Shown in pieces: positions 37,152-47,335 of a stretch of 64,000 nucleotides of DNA (positions within the stretch are counted from its first letter, which is position 1; each line of letters begins with the position of its first letter). The notes under the pieces were generated by a model. The model saw only the letters and a program-made list of their open reading frames with translations, searched no databases and was not told the origin of the DNA. The position numbers were made by a program, and so were the translations under genes. This DNA comes from a virus, in the IMG/VR virus record IMGVR_UViG_3300025466_001905, positions 1 through 64,000 of that record; one strand, given 5' to 3'.

Positions 37152-38641
37152 ACCTTAACATTGTACAACTGTTCAAATTGATCTGCATCTCTACGGTCAT
37201 TGATCATGGGCTCACCTCGTATGTTAAGACTAGTATTCAACAACATAGGACACCCAGTGATCACAAACCATTTTTCCAATAGTTCTCTTATGCCGGATCT
37301 GTCAGGCGGCACAGTCTGAATCCTACTAGTTCCATCCACATGAACAATAGCAGGAAATAAATCAGGGCGCCGACAACGGCCTACAATTTGCATATACCTA
37401 CTGTCACTCCAGCCGCTGGGCATATCAAAGTACTGATCAACAAGTTCTTCCAATATAACAGGAGCAAACGGTCTAAATTTTTGTCTACGTTTGATTTCAT
37501 TCACAAGGTCCTTTATTTTGTCTCCTCTTGGGTCTGCCAGCAAACTTCTATTTCCTAGTGCTCGCGGCCCAAACTCTGCTCGACCACTAGCCACCCCAAC
37601 AATATGATCACTAAGAAGCCGATCAAGTATATCATTAGTTGGATAGCAGCCATCGATATTATGCCCAAGAGAAGCACTGTGCCAATTAATAGGTCCGCCA
37701 TATACCAGTGCTGCGGCGCCAAGGCTAGACCCAGCATCACCAGGATTAGGCATAATCCAAATGTTTTCAAAATATTTCCCCAAGTTTCTATTAGCCAGGC
37801 AGTTGAGTGCAACACCGCCCATGTAAACCAAGTTAGAGCTCCAACAAAAATCTCTAGCTCTCTTCATTACATTATATATCAAGTTTTCAGCTAGGTCTTG
37901 ACTCATTGCAGCAATATCTTCGTTCTCTGCATGTGACATAAAATCAGCGTCAACGCCAATGTGCAAGTTTTGTTTGAATGTTACAGCATGTTCGTCTTCC
38001 ACCAGACGTCTTTTCAGCAAGTCTCCAAGGCCTTGCCCACCGTAGGCACTCATGCCCATCATGATGTATTCTTCTTCGCCGGCTTTGAGTCCCACACGAT
38101 CAGTCATTGCTGAGTAAAACAGTCCTATGCTGTGCGGATAGCGTTGCCCCCAAAGTTTGGTATACTGTGCTCGACCGTTGACATATTCTGCGCCCCAAAT
38201 TGTTATGGTATCTAGTTCACCAATGGCATCTATAACAACAACTGTGGCCTTTGTGTAGGGGCTGGTTTGGAATCCGGCGGCAGCGTGCGATAAATGATGG
38301 GACATGAATCTCCGAGGGCATCGTAGTAGTCGTTCCTGATGAACAGATACAGATAAATGTTTACGCAAATACTGATCAAGAGTGAAATTTTTAAAATCAA
38401 AGGCTTCATGATATTGTCCTGACTGTAGTTGTTGTAATTTTTTGATCCAAGGACGCTCGTAGTAGGCCACAAGATCTGGATTGCCATAACTTAATGCGTC
38501 TGATACTAGTGCATCATTTATATGGGCATCATTCTTGATCTTGCTGTAACGTTCTGCATGTCCAGCAAATAAAATGTCACCGTTGTCAATCAATGACACT
38601 GCAGCATCATGAAATCCAGCACTTATACCTAGTATCTTCAT
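37142..38641 (-). CDS. O-carbamoyltransferase (CmcH/NodU/TobZ family)
   Basis: GISAGFHDAA, HHLSHAA, GGVALNC, PGDAG, EFGPRALGNRS, FRPFAP, LLNTSLN. Confidence 0.95.
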   Translation of the reverse strand: MKILGISAGFHDAAVSLIDNGDILFAGHAERYSKIKNDAHINDALVSDALSYGNPDLVAYYERPWIKKLQQLQSGQYHEAFDFKNFTLDQYLRKHLSVSVHQERLLRCPRRFMSHHLSHAAAGFQTSPYTKATVVVIDAIGELDTITIWGAEYVNGRAQYTKLWGQRYPHSIGLFYSAMTDRVGLKAGEEEYIMMGMSAYGGQGLGDLLKRRLVEDEHAVTFKQNLHIGVDADFMSHAENEDIAAMSQDLAENLIYNVMKRARDFCWSSNLVYMGGVALNCLANRNLGKYFENIWIMPNPGDAGSSLGAAALVYGGPINWHSASLGHNIDGCYPTNDILDRLLSDHIVGVASGRAEFGPRALGNRSLLADPRGDKIKDLVNEIKRRQKFRPFAPVILEELVDQYFDMPSGWSDSRYMQIVGRCRRPDLFPAIVHVDGTSRIQTVPPDRSGIRELLEKWFVITGCPMLLNTSLNIRGEPMINDRRDADQFEQLYNVKVCS

Positions 38642-38739
38642 TTATAGATAAAAGGATCTCGTTTGCGCAGTTCTTTTAATTTTTTTCTATAACGTATTTC
38701 CAACTGTATACGTGCTATTAGTTTCTTAATCCAATTCAT
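38638..38739 (-). CDS. 33-aa basic peptide ending DPFIYK, coupled to the carbamoyltransferase (absent from the ORF track)
   Basis: MNWIKKLIARIQLEIRYRKKLKELRKRDPFIYK, ATGA overlap with 38641. Confidence 0.65.
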   Translation of the reverse strand: MNWIKKLIARIQLEIRYRKKLKELRKRDPFIYK

Positions 38740-39448
38740 TGTTTTTTTCCTTTTGCCTAGCAGCCAGTTCAGGGTCATAGTAAGGAACCATACAAAATGT
38801 AATAGTACCTTTGTCCACCGTGGTCCCCCGTCGAAATGCCATGACTGTTTCTATATTATAGTAATTATACCTAGCGTCAATGGGTTGATCCCATTTGAGA
38901 CCAGATCCCACTGCAGTACCATTGTTTATCTGATAGTTAGGTTCCACAGAACCAGCAAATTCATGCCAGTCAGAATTCCAATCCAAAAGATAAGGCAGTA
39001 TTATTGCACGCCATCCTGGCGCCATGCGAGCACGCCATGGCCAAAATAACAAACGAAATTGATATTCGTAAGGACTTGAATCTAGCAGTCCATGCGAATC
39101 TGGTTGCATGGTCCACGGTCCCTGAGATCGATTGGCCCACTTTGTACCGTGTAACATTTCAGGGTGCAAGAATCCACGATTAAAGTAGGTATCGTAGCCA
39201 TCCAGATTTTCTGGTAACGGCATAGTATAGCCTATGTTGAGCAGGCCACGAAAGCCCAAGCAGTGTCGTATGGTATGCTGCAATCCAAAACCTTCTGGCA
39301 AATAATCTTTGATATTGCCTTTGAGATTTTTATACCAGCCAGGCAAGAAATTTTTCACTGGTTGTGGCGCAGCACAATCAAGATACTGTATGTCAGGGTC
39401 TGACGAGTATTCCCATGCAAGATAATCAGTGACTTGAACTGTAGTCAT
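38726..39448 (-). CDS. hypothetical protein
   Basis: 240-aa ORF in the operon, PGWYKN..TIRHCLGF motif. Confidence 0.7.
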   Translation of the reverse strand: MTTVQVTDYLAWEYSSDPDIQYLDCAAPQPVKNFLPGWYKNLKGNIKDYLPEGFGLQHTIRHCLGFRGLLNIGYTMPLPENLDGYDTYFNRGFLHPEMLHGTKWANRSQGPWTMQPDSHGLLDSSPYEYQFRLLFWPWRARMAPGWRAIILPYLLDWNSDWHEFAGSVEPNYQINNGTAVGSGLKWDQPIDARYNYYNIETVMAFRRGTTVDKGTITFCMVPYYDPELAARQKEKNNELD

Positions 39449-40499
39449 ATCCAGGAGTTAGTAAATTGATCTGTTGTTGATAGTAATCAGCATCTGTCCA
39501 GGCATAATCATATGTTGCACAGACATTGCCAGCTTCTATTTTGTATATGTCCAGATACCCACTGAGTATGGGCCACACTTGGCGAAAATCAGTGGTGCCA
39601 AAACTGGATTGTAGTTGCACTTGACCCACTGGGTGATAACCATAGTTGTATTCTGGATTTTGTGCATCAAATCTATTACGATGCAACCAGTCTCTGAATC
39701 CTGACAGCCGTTTGGTGTGCCAAGGGTGAGGACCATGATATACCACATCCTGAGCCCACTCAATATCAAATTCACCTGTGTAGTATTTCAAATGTGTAAT
39801 TGTATCACATACTGCTTGATCAATATCCAGCCCTTTTTCATCCTGATAGACTTCAAACAGAGTTTTTCCAATCTGTGCCCAGTGTAAGTAAACTTCTCCA
39901 AATTTTCTATCATATCTGGTTTCGTCAAATGTTGTCTTGTATTCCTGAGGAAACTCTAATCTTGGTGCATTCAAAAATGTAGTGATTTGACTGGGACGTA
40001 CCCAGTCCGGATCGTCGGCTTGTTTTCGCTGACTCAACATGAGACTTTCGGCTTCATGGCATAGATTATTCAACTGCCTTATAGCAAATTTGGTGTTGTA
40101 ATCTGCACGTTTATACCATTCACTCAATCCCCATACTGTGCCTTGAAGATGTTCAAAATGATTATGCAAATGATTCATTAAATCTTGATTGGGCTCAAGT
40201 CCGTGGCGCAATGCGTTTGGACTGAATATTTCATTTATGACATATTCGTTGACAAAAAACTCATTGATGGTTTTTTTGGCCCAGTTTAACTCTTTGCAAA
40301 TATAGTTGAGATTTCTTAGGCTATTTGGAAAACCCAAAAAACAAAAGTTTTTTTCCAAGTATAGATTTCGTTTTAACAAATCTTGCAAGGCATGGTACCA
40401 ATTGTGTGCCATGGGTGCATCATTGACAGCTATTTCATAGTCAATGGTGTCTTGTTTGTTCAACGGATTGCGTAAAATTACCTTAACTGATTGAATCAT
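39426..40499 (-). CDS. hypothetical protein
   Basis: 357-aa ORF, LMNHLHNHFE and LNNLCHEAE His/Glu motifs (possible metal site). Confidence 0.7.
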   Translation of the reverse strand: MIQSVKVILRNPLNKQDTIDYEIAVNDAPMAHNWYHALQDLLKRNLYLEKNFCFLGFPNSLRNLNYICKELNWAKKTINEFFVNEYVINEIFSPNALRHGLEPNQDLMNHLHNHFEHLQGTVWGLSEWYKRADYNTKFAIRQLNNLCHEAESLMLSQRKQADDPDWVRPSQITTFLNAPRLEFPQEYKTTFDETRYDRKFGEVYLHWAQIGKTLFEVYQDEKGLDIDQAVCDTITHLKYYTGEFDIEWAQDVVYHGPHPWHTKRLSGFRDWLHRNRFDAQNPEYNYGYHPVGQVQLQSSFGTTDFRQVWPILSGYLDIYKIEAGNVCATYDYAWTDADYYQQQINLLTPGYDYSSSH

Positions 40500-41772
40500 A
40501 CCACTCCAATATCTCGGGTCTTGATCTTAATATGTCTCTTAGAGTATACCGATCTTGCCTTATTCTTTCTAATTCTATCACTCTAAATTTGCCTTTGAGC
40601 AGTGCAGATTGATATTGGTCTGGCCACTGCTCTTCAAACGTGGGTCGTGTTTTTAATTGCTCAAGTACATCTTTGATTGATCCACTGGTGACCAGTGCCA
40701 GTTGGTCCAACCAAGGATCCAACAATGTTCTTGGCAGTGCCAATGGACTCATAATAATGTCAGGACTAAAACTGAATATTACTTTGGCCAGTATATCCAC
40801 ATCTAACTCTAAGGCCAATGCCTGCATGTTTTCTACTTCAAACATGCCAGGTAATGTGAGTGTAAAGTCCAAGCGCATGTTGCGTCTGTTGCGGCTGAAC
40901 TTTAGACCAGTTCGAAAATTCTGCAAAAACTGTTGGTAATCAAGCCCGGTGCGTATGTACTCACCAATGGCACCAGTGCCGTCAATACTGGCACAGATTT
41001 GCCAGTCTCTCACATGAGACAAAATATCTCTGAACAGGTGTGTTTGTCGATATTCAATCCGGCTTAGATTGGTGTTGTACCGAGCATAAACTTTGGCGCC
41101 ATCTCCAAGATCAACTATGCGTTTCATGTAGCGCCAATGTTGCTCAAACATTAGTGGCTCACCACCAACCCAATATATTTCTTCCACACGGTGCTGCTCC
41201 ACTGCTTCACTGAATTCTTGTTCAATTTGACTGTCTTGAAACTGACTAATGCTAGACCGTACTTCGGGTTTCATCCAGTTATTTTTTGGATTATCCCAAT
41301 GAATCATGTTGTGTTGGCGTTGTTCGCTTTCCCATGCACTGCTCAGCATATCACCACAGGTACGACATTTGAAATTACACAGATTACTGAATCTATAGTC
41401 CCAGCTCACAGGCTGCATGGTAGTGTAGCCAGTTTTGTCAGTGGTATTGATCAACTCTGGATATTTGTGTGCAAAAAGTTGATTGAAATAACTACGATAT
41501 ACGTCTGTATTCAACAATTTATTATTACACACCTGACATTCAGACAGAGTTTCGCCGGCCATCATTCGCCTGCGTACCGAACGCATGTGATCACTGTTCC
41601 AGTGTTGCTCCAGGGTGCTGGGTTTGTAAATTCCAGTTCCGGAACTGGTATCTATGTACTGTTCAAAACTTTGAGCCGGTTCTCTACTGGCACAACACAT
41701 ACGTCTTTCAGTCTGGGGACTGAGGTATGTGTGTGTCCAGGGTGCCATGCATAATGTTTCAGGTTTTAACAT
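40483..41772 (-). CDS. radical SAM enzyme with an N-terminal twitch/SPASM-like domain
   Basis: CMAPW..MCC..CQVC, CNFKCRTC, GGEP. Confidence 0.88.
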   Translation of the reverse strand: MLKPETLCMAPWTHTYLSPQTERRMCCASREPAQSFEQYIDTSSGTGIYKPSTLEQHWNSDHMRSVRRRMMAGETLSECQVCNNKLLNTDVYRSYFNQLFAHKYPELINTTDKTGYTTMQPVSWDYRFSNLCNFKCRTCGDMLSSAWESEQRQHNMIHWDNPKNNWMKPEVRSSISQFQDSQIEQEFSEAVEQHRVEEIYWVGGEPLMFEQHWRYMKRIVDLGDGAKVYARYNTNLSRIEYRQTHLFRDILSHVRDWQICASIDGTGAIGEYIRTGLDYQQFLQNFRTGLKFSRNRRNMRLDFTLTLPGMFEVENMQALALELDVDILAKVIFSFSPDIIMSPLALPRTLLDPWLDQLALVTSGSIKDVLEQLKTRPTFEEQWPDQYQSALLKGKFRVIELERIRQDRYTLRDILRSRPEILEWYDSIS

Positions 41773-42973
41773 AGGCTATTAATTGTGCCAACTCGGGCTG
41801 AGTTTGGCTTAAATTTTGATTGCGTTTACGGTCAAGATCGGCAATTTTCATTCGCAGTATATTGCCATCAAGACTGACTCCGCGAGTCATAAAATCAATG
41901 ATTTTATAGAATTCTTGTTTGTGCCAGTCATTGACTTGAGCCTGCATGAGTTGCTGTTTGACAGCCATCTTGGCGGCGTCAGGCATGGTACCCACACTGA
42001 AATAGTAAGCTTCGTGCATCATATTCCAATACACAAAATCAAATTGTTGTTGATCGATCCAATTTGCCAATTCTTCAAGATACAACACATTGAATACGTT
42101 TACTGTAGAACAAACTTGCAGTCGGATATTTGCGTAGTGTTCTCTTAGAGTACGAAACCAACCAATGTTTCTACACACTTCTGACCATACAGCATTGGTG
42201 CGTTGGTATTCAAATCTTTCGCCTACATCGTCAATGCTGAATGCAATTTCTACTAATTTAAAATGCTTCCAGATTGTGTCAGCATCTTCAGGATAGTGTG
42301 TGCCATTGGTATTATAATGAATTTCAATGTTGTGGGCTATACCACGATCTACCAGTCCTTGCAACATATCGAAATGCTCTTGAATCATAAATGGCTCACC
42401 ACCTGTGAATTCAATATAGCGTATCTGATTCATGACCTGATCAATTTCTGTCCAAAATTTTAGATTTTCTTTGGGCCATGCACCCTGTTTCAACATTTGA
42501 TAGTGGTGACTAGATTTTTTATCTTCTCCTGGACCAAGATTGGCCAATTCTTCCACTGCATACTGACTACTTGACCATGATCCACAAATACGACATTTGA
42601 GATTACAGATATTACCCAATTTTAAATCTAAAAACATCAAAGGACTAGCATCAGTGGTCCATTGCTGATCGGGCAACATATGCTTGAGTCTATCCAGTGT
42701 GTGCATGCGTTTACTGGTTCTTCCGGCTCGTTCTTCGCGCCAGCATTTTCTACAGGAACTGGGTTGTTTCTGATCTAAAAAGTCTTGTCGCAATTTTTGC
42801 ATGTAGTTGCAGTTTTGAATATCTACAAAACTTGCGGTATTCAAATCAAATTTGACTCCTTGATTGTCAACAATTTCATCTTCGGCCAAACAACACGGGC
42901 GCACTGTGCCAATAGGACTGGTCTCTAAACTGATCCAAGGCAATACGCAAAATTTATCATGTGGTATGTTCAT
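41759..42973 (-). CDS. radical SAM enzyme with an N-terminal twitch/SPASM-like domain
   Basis: CVLPW..PCC..CRKC, CNLKCRIC, GGEP. Confidence 0.88.
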   Translation of the reverse strand: MNIPHDKFCVLPWISLETSPIGTVRPCCLAEDEIVDNQGVKFDLNTASFVDIQNCNYMQKLRQDFLDQKQPSSCRKCWREERAGRTSKRMHTLDRLKHMLPDQQWTTDASPLMFLDLKLGNICNLKCRICGSWSSSQYAVEELANLGPGEDKKSSHHYQMLKQGAWPKENLKFWTEIDQVMNQIRYIEFTGGEPFMIQEHFDMLQGLVDRGIAHNIEIHYNTNGTHYPEDADTIWKHFKLVEIAFSIDDVGERFEYQRTNAVWSEVCRNIGWFRTLREHYANIRLQVCSTVNVFNVLYLEELANWIDQQQFDFVYWNMMHEAYYFSVGTMPDAAKMAVKQQLMQAQVNDWHKQEFYKIIDFMTRGVSLDGNILRMKIADLDRKRNQNLSQTQPELAQLIAYVKT

Positions 42974-43659
42974 ATGTGTGTTATAAATCTCTTACTGGTT
43001 TCTTCATAAAAAAACTCTTGTACTATGATCCATTTAGCGAATTCGTCAAACTTCTCGTTGATAACCATTGGAATAGTTATGTTGTTTAGCAAGCACATAG
43101 CATGACACCACGCTAACCAAGGAATATTATTGGAAATATCTATTTTGTTCAATGACCAACAAGTTTTTTTGTAATTATCTACAGATTTCAGTACAAAATC
43201 TATGTTGGCAGTGTAAGATATATTGTATTGATTTAACAACTCAAACACTTGATTGGCAAAATTCACCGGATTTGTAAATATCAAATCAGCATCTATAACA
43301 ATATTGTCAAGATAATCTTTTGCCAATGTACCTGAGCAATCTTGATGCCACCTGGCTTTGTTAGTTAGAGCATAAAATAATTCTGAATTACTCAAACTTT
43401 TTATGTCTAATTCTTTTTTGTACCATTTGTAATACACAGTTAGATAGGTTATAAATTGCGATCTAATTCCTGAAAATGATCCGATTGCATTTTCAAGATT
43501 ATTTTTATGTTTGAGATTAATAGATTTACTGCCTGGATATTTGTGAAAATTATTATTTGTAGGAATTATATCGTAATTTTGAGTTTCCAATGAATAAATT
43601 AAATTGGATAGCCAATGGCCGCCCTGACCACCTGGATATATTATGGTTATTTTATTCAT
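42970..43659 (-). CDS. sulfotransferase-like hypothetical protein (AT-rich)
   Basis: IIYPGGQGGHWL N-terminal motif shared with 313-933. Confidence 0.55.
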   Translation of the reverse strand: MNKITIIYPGGQGGHWLSNLIYSLETQNYDIIPTNNNFHKYPGSKSINLKHKNNLENAIGSFSGIRSQFITYLTVYYKWYKKELDIKSLSNSELFYALTNKARWHQDCSGTLAKDYLDNIVIDADLIFTNPVNFANQVFELLNQYNISYTANIDFVLKSVDNYKKTCWSLNKIDISNNIPWLAWCHAMCLLNNITIPMVINEKFDEFAKWIIVQEFFYEETSKRFITHI

Positions 43660-44918
43660 TGTAATGCTTGTAATTCTGGAATAATATTTAACATTTGTTC
43701 ATTTCTAATATTATCCAACTCGTGTGTTTTACGCCAGAAAATGTTTATTAACTGTGTGTTGTCTGTGGCAAACATAAATTTAACTGCACTCTCAAACCCT
43801 TGTGTAGCACGACCTAACTGATCTTTGTCTTTTAACCAATTTAAATGTGCAGTGTATTTTTCTTTTAATTTTTGTTTGTACTCTATTGGCGCAATATCAA
43901 TTCTATAATAAGCAGGGTCTTGAAGTATATTTACATTTAAATCTTGTGCTTTAATAAATCCTTGTTCAGTCCAATATCTATGAAAGTCAGGCAAGTGCCA
44001 GGCATTCATCACACTCAGGGTAGGGCTGATATAAAAATCCACATTGGGACACATGGCCAACATTTGTCTACGATTGTTTTCAACGTCTTGCCATACGGTG
44101 CCTTTGCGTATGTATTCTGCTCGTGCACCCATGGCATCTAAACTGGCGCCAACTGCAACACTATTAAATTGCCTCCAATATTCAAACACACTTTGACCTT
44201 TCAAATCCACATGCGTGAAATTTGTATTGTAAATTAATCTAACATCAAAACGTTTGCGACGAACAAGTTCATCCAGTATGTGATAGTGTTCTTCCATCAG
44301 CAATGGCTCGCCACCAGCAAAGTAAATTTGTTCAACATAGTCTATGTGCGGAATTAGTTGTTCCCACATGTCTGTTTCTGTACGACCTGCATAGTTAAGC
44401 ACAGTGTTGCGTTGTTTCCAATCACCTCCGGCCAATTTGGCTTGATCTTGATACCATTGGCTGCTGAAAATATGTCCGCAACTACGGCATTTTAAATTAC
44501 ACAGATTACTAAATCGAATATCCCAGTAGGTCATTTCAAACTTTTCATCAGTGATACGGCCAACATGATGACCATGGTGTTTGTTGGCACTTCTGCGACC
44601 GCTGAAAAATCCAGATTCTTCTTGTTCATAACAACGAGTACAGGTTGCATTGGGAGTTTCTGTCAACATATCCTGACGAAGTTGAGCCATTGGTTTATCG
44701 TGCCATATTTGTTCCAGCGTGTTTTGACGACAATTACCAATCTGACCAACACCCATTTCAGCATGACAACATGGATAAGCTTCGCCAGTGGGATAAGCGT
44801 GTAAATGTATCCAGGGATAGATACAAAAAGTTTTTGACTCTGACAATAAAAACTTTTGTCTCTCACTGAGTTCAACGGGTTTTACCAGATCGCTGGAATT
44901 GTAATTATATTGTGTCAT
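43656..44918 (-). CDS. radical SAM enzyme with an N-terminal twitch/SPASM-like domain
   Basis: CIYPW..PCC..CTRC, CNLKCRSC, GGEP. Confidence 0.88.
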   Translation of the reverse strand: MTQYNYNSSDLVKPVELSERQKFLLSESKTFCIYPWIHLHAYPTGEAYPCCHAEMGVGQIGNCRQNTLEQIWHDKPMAQLRQDMLTETPNATCTRCYEQEESGFFSGRRSANKHHGHHVGRITDEKFEMTYWDIRFSNLCNLKCRSCGHIFSSQWYQDQAKLAGGDWKQRNTVLNYAGRTETDMWEQLIPHIDYVEQIYFAGGEPLLMEEHYHILDELVRRKRFDVRLIYNTNFTHVDLKGQSVFEYWRQFNSVAVGASLDAMGARAEYIRKGTVWQDVENNRRQMLAMCPNVDFYISPTLSVMNAWHLPDFHRYWTEQGFIKAQDLNVNILQDPAYYRIDIAPIEYKQKLKEKYTAHLNWLKDKDQLGRATQGFESAVKFMFATDNTQLINIFWRKTHELDNIRNEQMLNIIPELQALQ

Positions 44919-46269
44919 ACCACTCTGCTAGTGCTGGAAAAGTTGCGCAAAAGTTTTTGCCTCGTCGTTGATCATATTGTGTATAAAAGTTTTTAAAATC
45001 TCGTTGCAGAATAATCTGTGCCATTGCTTGATCATGCGCTTCTGTTACTTCGTCAATATAACTGATTAATCTACTTAATTGATTCCATTCAAATTCTTGC
45101 ATGCCATTTGACATGTCACGATATCTCATTGCAAAGTCAGTTAACCTATTGCTGTATTTCCTACGAAGATACTTTGGCAACACAGTTAACGATTGAAAGC
45201 TAGGAAAGCGTAATATATTCAACGAAAAATTAACTGCATCTGCACCGTACTCTAATTTCCAGTTCATCACACATTCCAAGAAACTATCCAGGCTGTCCAA
45301 ACACAGCGCATTGATTGTGCACATGATATGGATGCCACGGAACTGACCTGAATCCAACAGTCGTTCTACATTGTTGGCCCAGTCATCCCATACCAGTCCG
45401 TCACGGATATATTCTGCTTGTAGATTCATTGATTCGTTACTGGTGTACAGGTCTACTTCTACACCATCAATGGAAGCCAGTAATCGATCAATATCAACAT
45501 CTGTGCCCAAGTTTGAATTGATGGCAAGACGAGTTTTACTTCGACCTTGGTTGGTTTTAAACCAGTCAATCAGCCGCCATGTTTCGGCACTCATCAAAGG
45601 CTCACCGCCGGTTATTCTCAGCTCTTGCAATGTTCTGTGTAGGTCGGATTCCCACCATTCAAAGAAGGCGGTAACGTAGGGATTAATATCGCCATTTCTA
45701 TACAGTTGACTATTCCTGTGATCATGACTAAAGTGGCCACGGCCGTCTGATACGAGCCCCAAATAGGGTCCGTTATTCCTAATGTCTCGAACCCAAGTGC
45801 TACTAAAAGCAGGATTACAATAGCTACATGCAAACTGACATGTACGATCAAAAGCAATTTCCAATGTTTTAAGATCAAAGTCTCGATCAGCTGGCGTAAG
45901 AAATGCATGATTCAAATCCTCTATGGGGTAAATTTTACTTTTGTATACGCGATCACTGATGGGCACCGGAACATCACTTTTGGCATATTTTGGATCCTTG
46001 TACATGTCCTCAATCTTCCAACAGTATTCACAACCTGCAGGACGCTCGCCGCGTTGCATTTGTTCACGCTCTATTTTTTTCTGTTGCGTGTTGTGTATGG
46101 CTTTGGGATTGGTCTGTATCTCATTGACATCAATTGCATGTGGCAGGGGGTGATGACAGCTGGTGGTTTGCCCTGATCCCAACCATATGGTGGCGTTGTA
46201 CCATTTGGCACCACAGAAGCTTGCACTCTTGGTGTCCAATATCTGGTGTTTAAAATCTAGATCATTCAT
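44905..46269 (-). CDS. radical SAM enzyme with an N-terminal twitch-like domain (CHHP subtype)
   Basis: CGAKW..SCHHP..CEYCW, CQFACSYC, GGEP. Confidence 0.88.
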   Translation of the reverse strand: MNDLDFKHQILDTKSASFCGAKWYNATIWLGSGQTTSCHHPLPHAIDVNEIQTNPKAIHNTQQKKIEREQMQRGERPAGCEYCWKIEDMYKDPKYAKSDVPVPISDRVYKSKIYPIEDLNHAFLTPADRDFDLKTLEIAFDRTCQFACSYCNPAFSSTWVRDIRNNGPYLGLVSDGRGHFSHDHRNSQLYRNGDINPYVTAFFEWWESDLHRTLQELRITGGEPLMSAETWRLIDWFKTNQGRSKTRLAINSNLGTDVDIDRLLASIDGVEVDLYTSNESMNLQAEYIRDGLVWDDWANNVERLLDSGQFRGIHIMCTINALCLDSLDSFLECVMNWKLEYGADAVNFSLNILRFPSFQSLTVLPKYLRRKYSNRLTDFAMRYRDMSNGMQEFEWNQLSRLISYIDEVTEAHDQAMAQIILQRDFKNFYTQYDQRRGKNFCATFPALAEWYDTI

Positions 46270-47335
46270 TAAATTTGTGTTGTTTTAGAAATTCAAAGAA
46301 GCGATCTGGAAATTCTTTTCTCACTGATAATCGCATTTCTTCAAGATGTTGTTGATTGTACTTACATACATTATAGCATGCATCTAAAAAACTTGCAAGA
46401 TCTTGTTGGCATAAATCTTTTACTACCATTGTAATTCTTTCTAACCTGTCTTGATTGTTATCGATCTGATCAAATGACTCATCAATGACATGTTCAAAAG
46501 TTTGAAATCCTGCATTTTTGATGTCTCTATAATAACCCCGACTCGATGCTGCTATCCAGGGATGTCCTACTGCAATAGGTTTCCAAATTTTTTCTGTTCT
46601 AAAACTGTAAGGGTACACAAACACCGTTTCGGTTACTAGACTAAAGTATGTGTGATTATAGGGCATGGCTTTGATGTATATGTCGCCCCAGCCATCTTTG
46701 GCAAAAAGTTGTGGTTTAACACATTTTTGATCTAGAATACTAATTTTGGTATTAAATCTATCAACTTCGTATTGATCTGACAACAAGTTTATGGGCCCAT
46801 TGCCAGTGTCTAGATTGGACCAAATGGCAGTGTCCAGCAAGGATTTGAGTTTGTCCAGGAGATATCCTCTGTGATATCTTACTCGACCATTCAAGAACAA
46901 AAATTTATAAGGACGGTCTCGAGAGTATTGATCTTGGTATTGTTGTATGGCTTCACGATTTTCAAGATAATCAAGAACTTTGGGTAAAAAATTTTCATAA
47001 TACAATGCTGCATACTCTTCAGGCACATGTCCTCCAGTCAACATCAATATTTTTTTTTGCATTATTAAATCAGTTATCTGCAACTGTTTACAGTGATTAA
47101 CCTGTGTTTCAGACCCCTCAGATGGATTACTGAAGATGACTTTTATTGTGTTATTGTTGACCAAGTTAATTATTTTGGAAGTATTCAGAGTAAATTGATT
47201 TCTTGAAATAACATATACTGCACCTGGCACAAGTTTTTGTTCAGCAACATGTTCTTCAAAATTCCAAAATTCTGCACTGGCCCAGGGCTTTAACAAATCA
47301 TAAACTTCGCAAAATGTATCTAGCACCAGCTTCAT
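46262..47335 (-). CDS. ET..TEK family protein, copy 3
   Basis: LVTET..RTEKIWKPI..HPW..GFQTF..IDESFD. Confidence 0.6.
   Translation of the reverse strand: MKLVLDTFCEVYDLLKPWASAEFWNFEEHVAEQKLVPGAVYVISRNQFTLNTSKIINLVNNNTIKVIFSNPSEGSETQVNHCKQLQITDLIMQKKILMLTGGHVPEEYAALYYENFLPKVLDYLENREAIQQYQDQYSRDRPYKFLFLNGRVRYHRGYLLDKLKSLLDTAIWSNLDTGNGPINLLSDQYEVDRFNTKISILDQKCVKPQLFAKDGWGDIYIKAMPYNHTYFSLVTETVFVYPYSFRTEKIWKPIAVGHPWIAASSRGYYRDIKNAGFQTFEHVIDESFDQIDNNQDRLERITMVVKDLCQQDLASFLDACYNVCKYNQQHLEEMRLSVRKEFPDRFFEFLKQHKFNE

Noticed and set aside
34501-38739. Saxitoxin-like or true aminoglycoside antibiotic cluster
   Set aside because: The tailoring families overlap, but no core scaffold enzyme (SxtA, 2-deoxy-scyllo-inosose synthase) is visible in the window.
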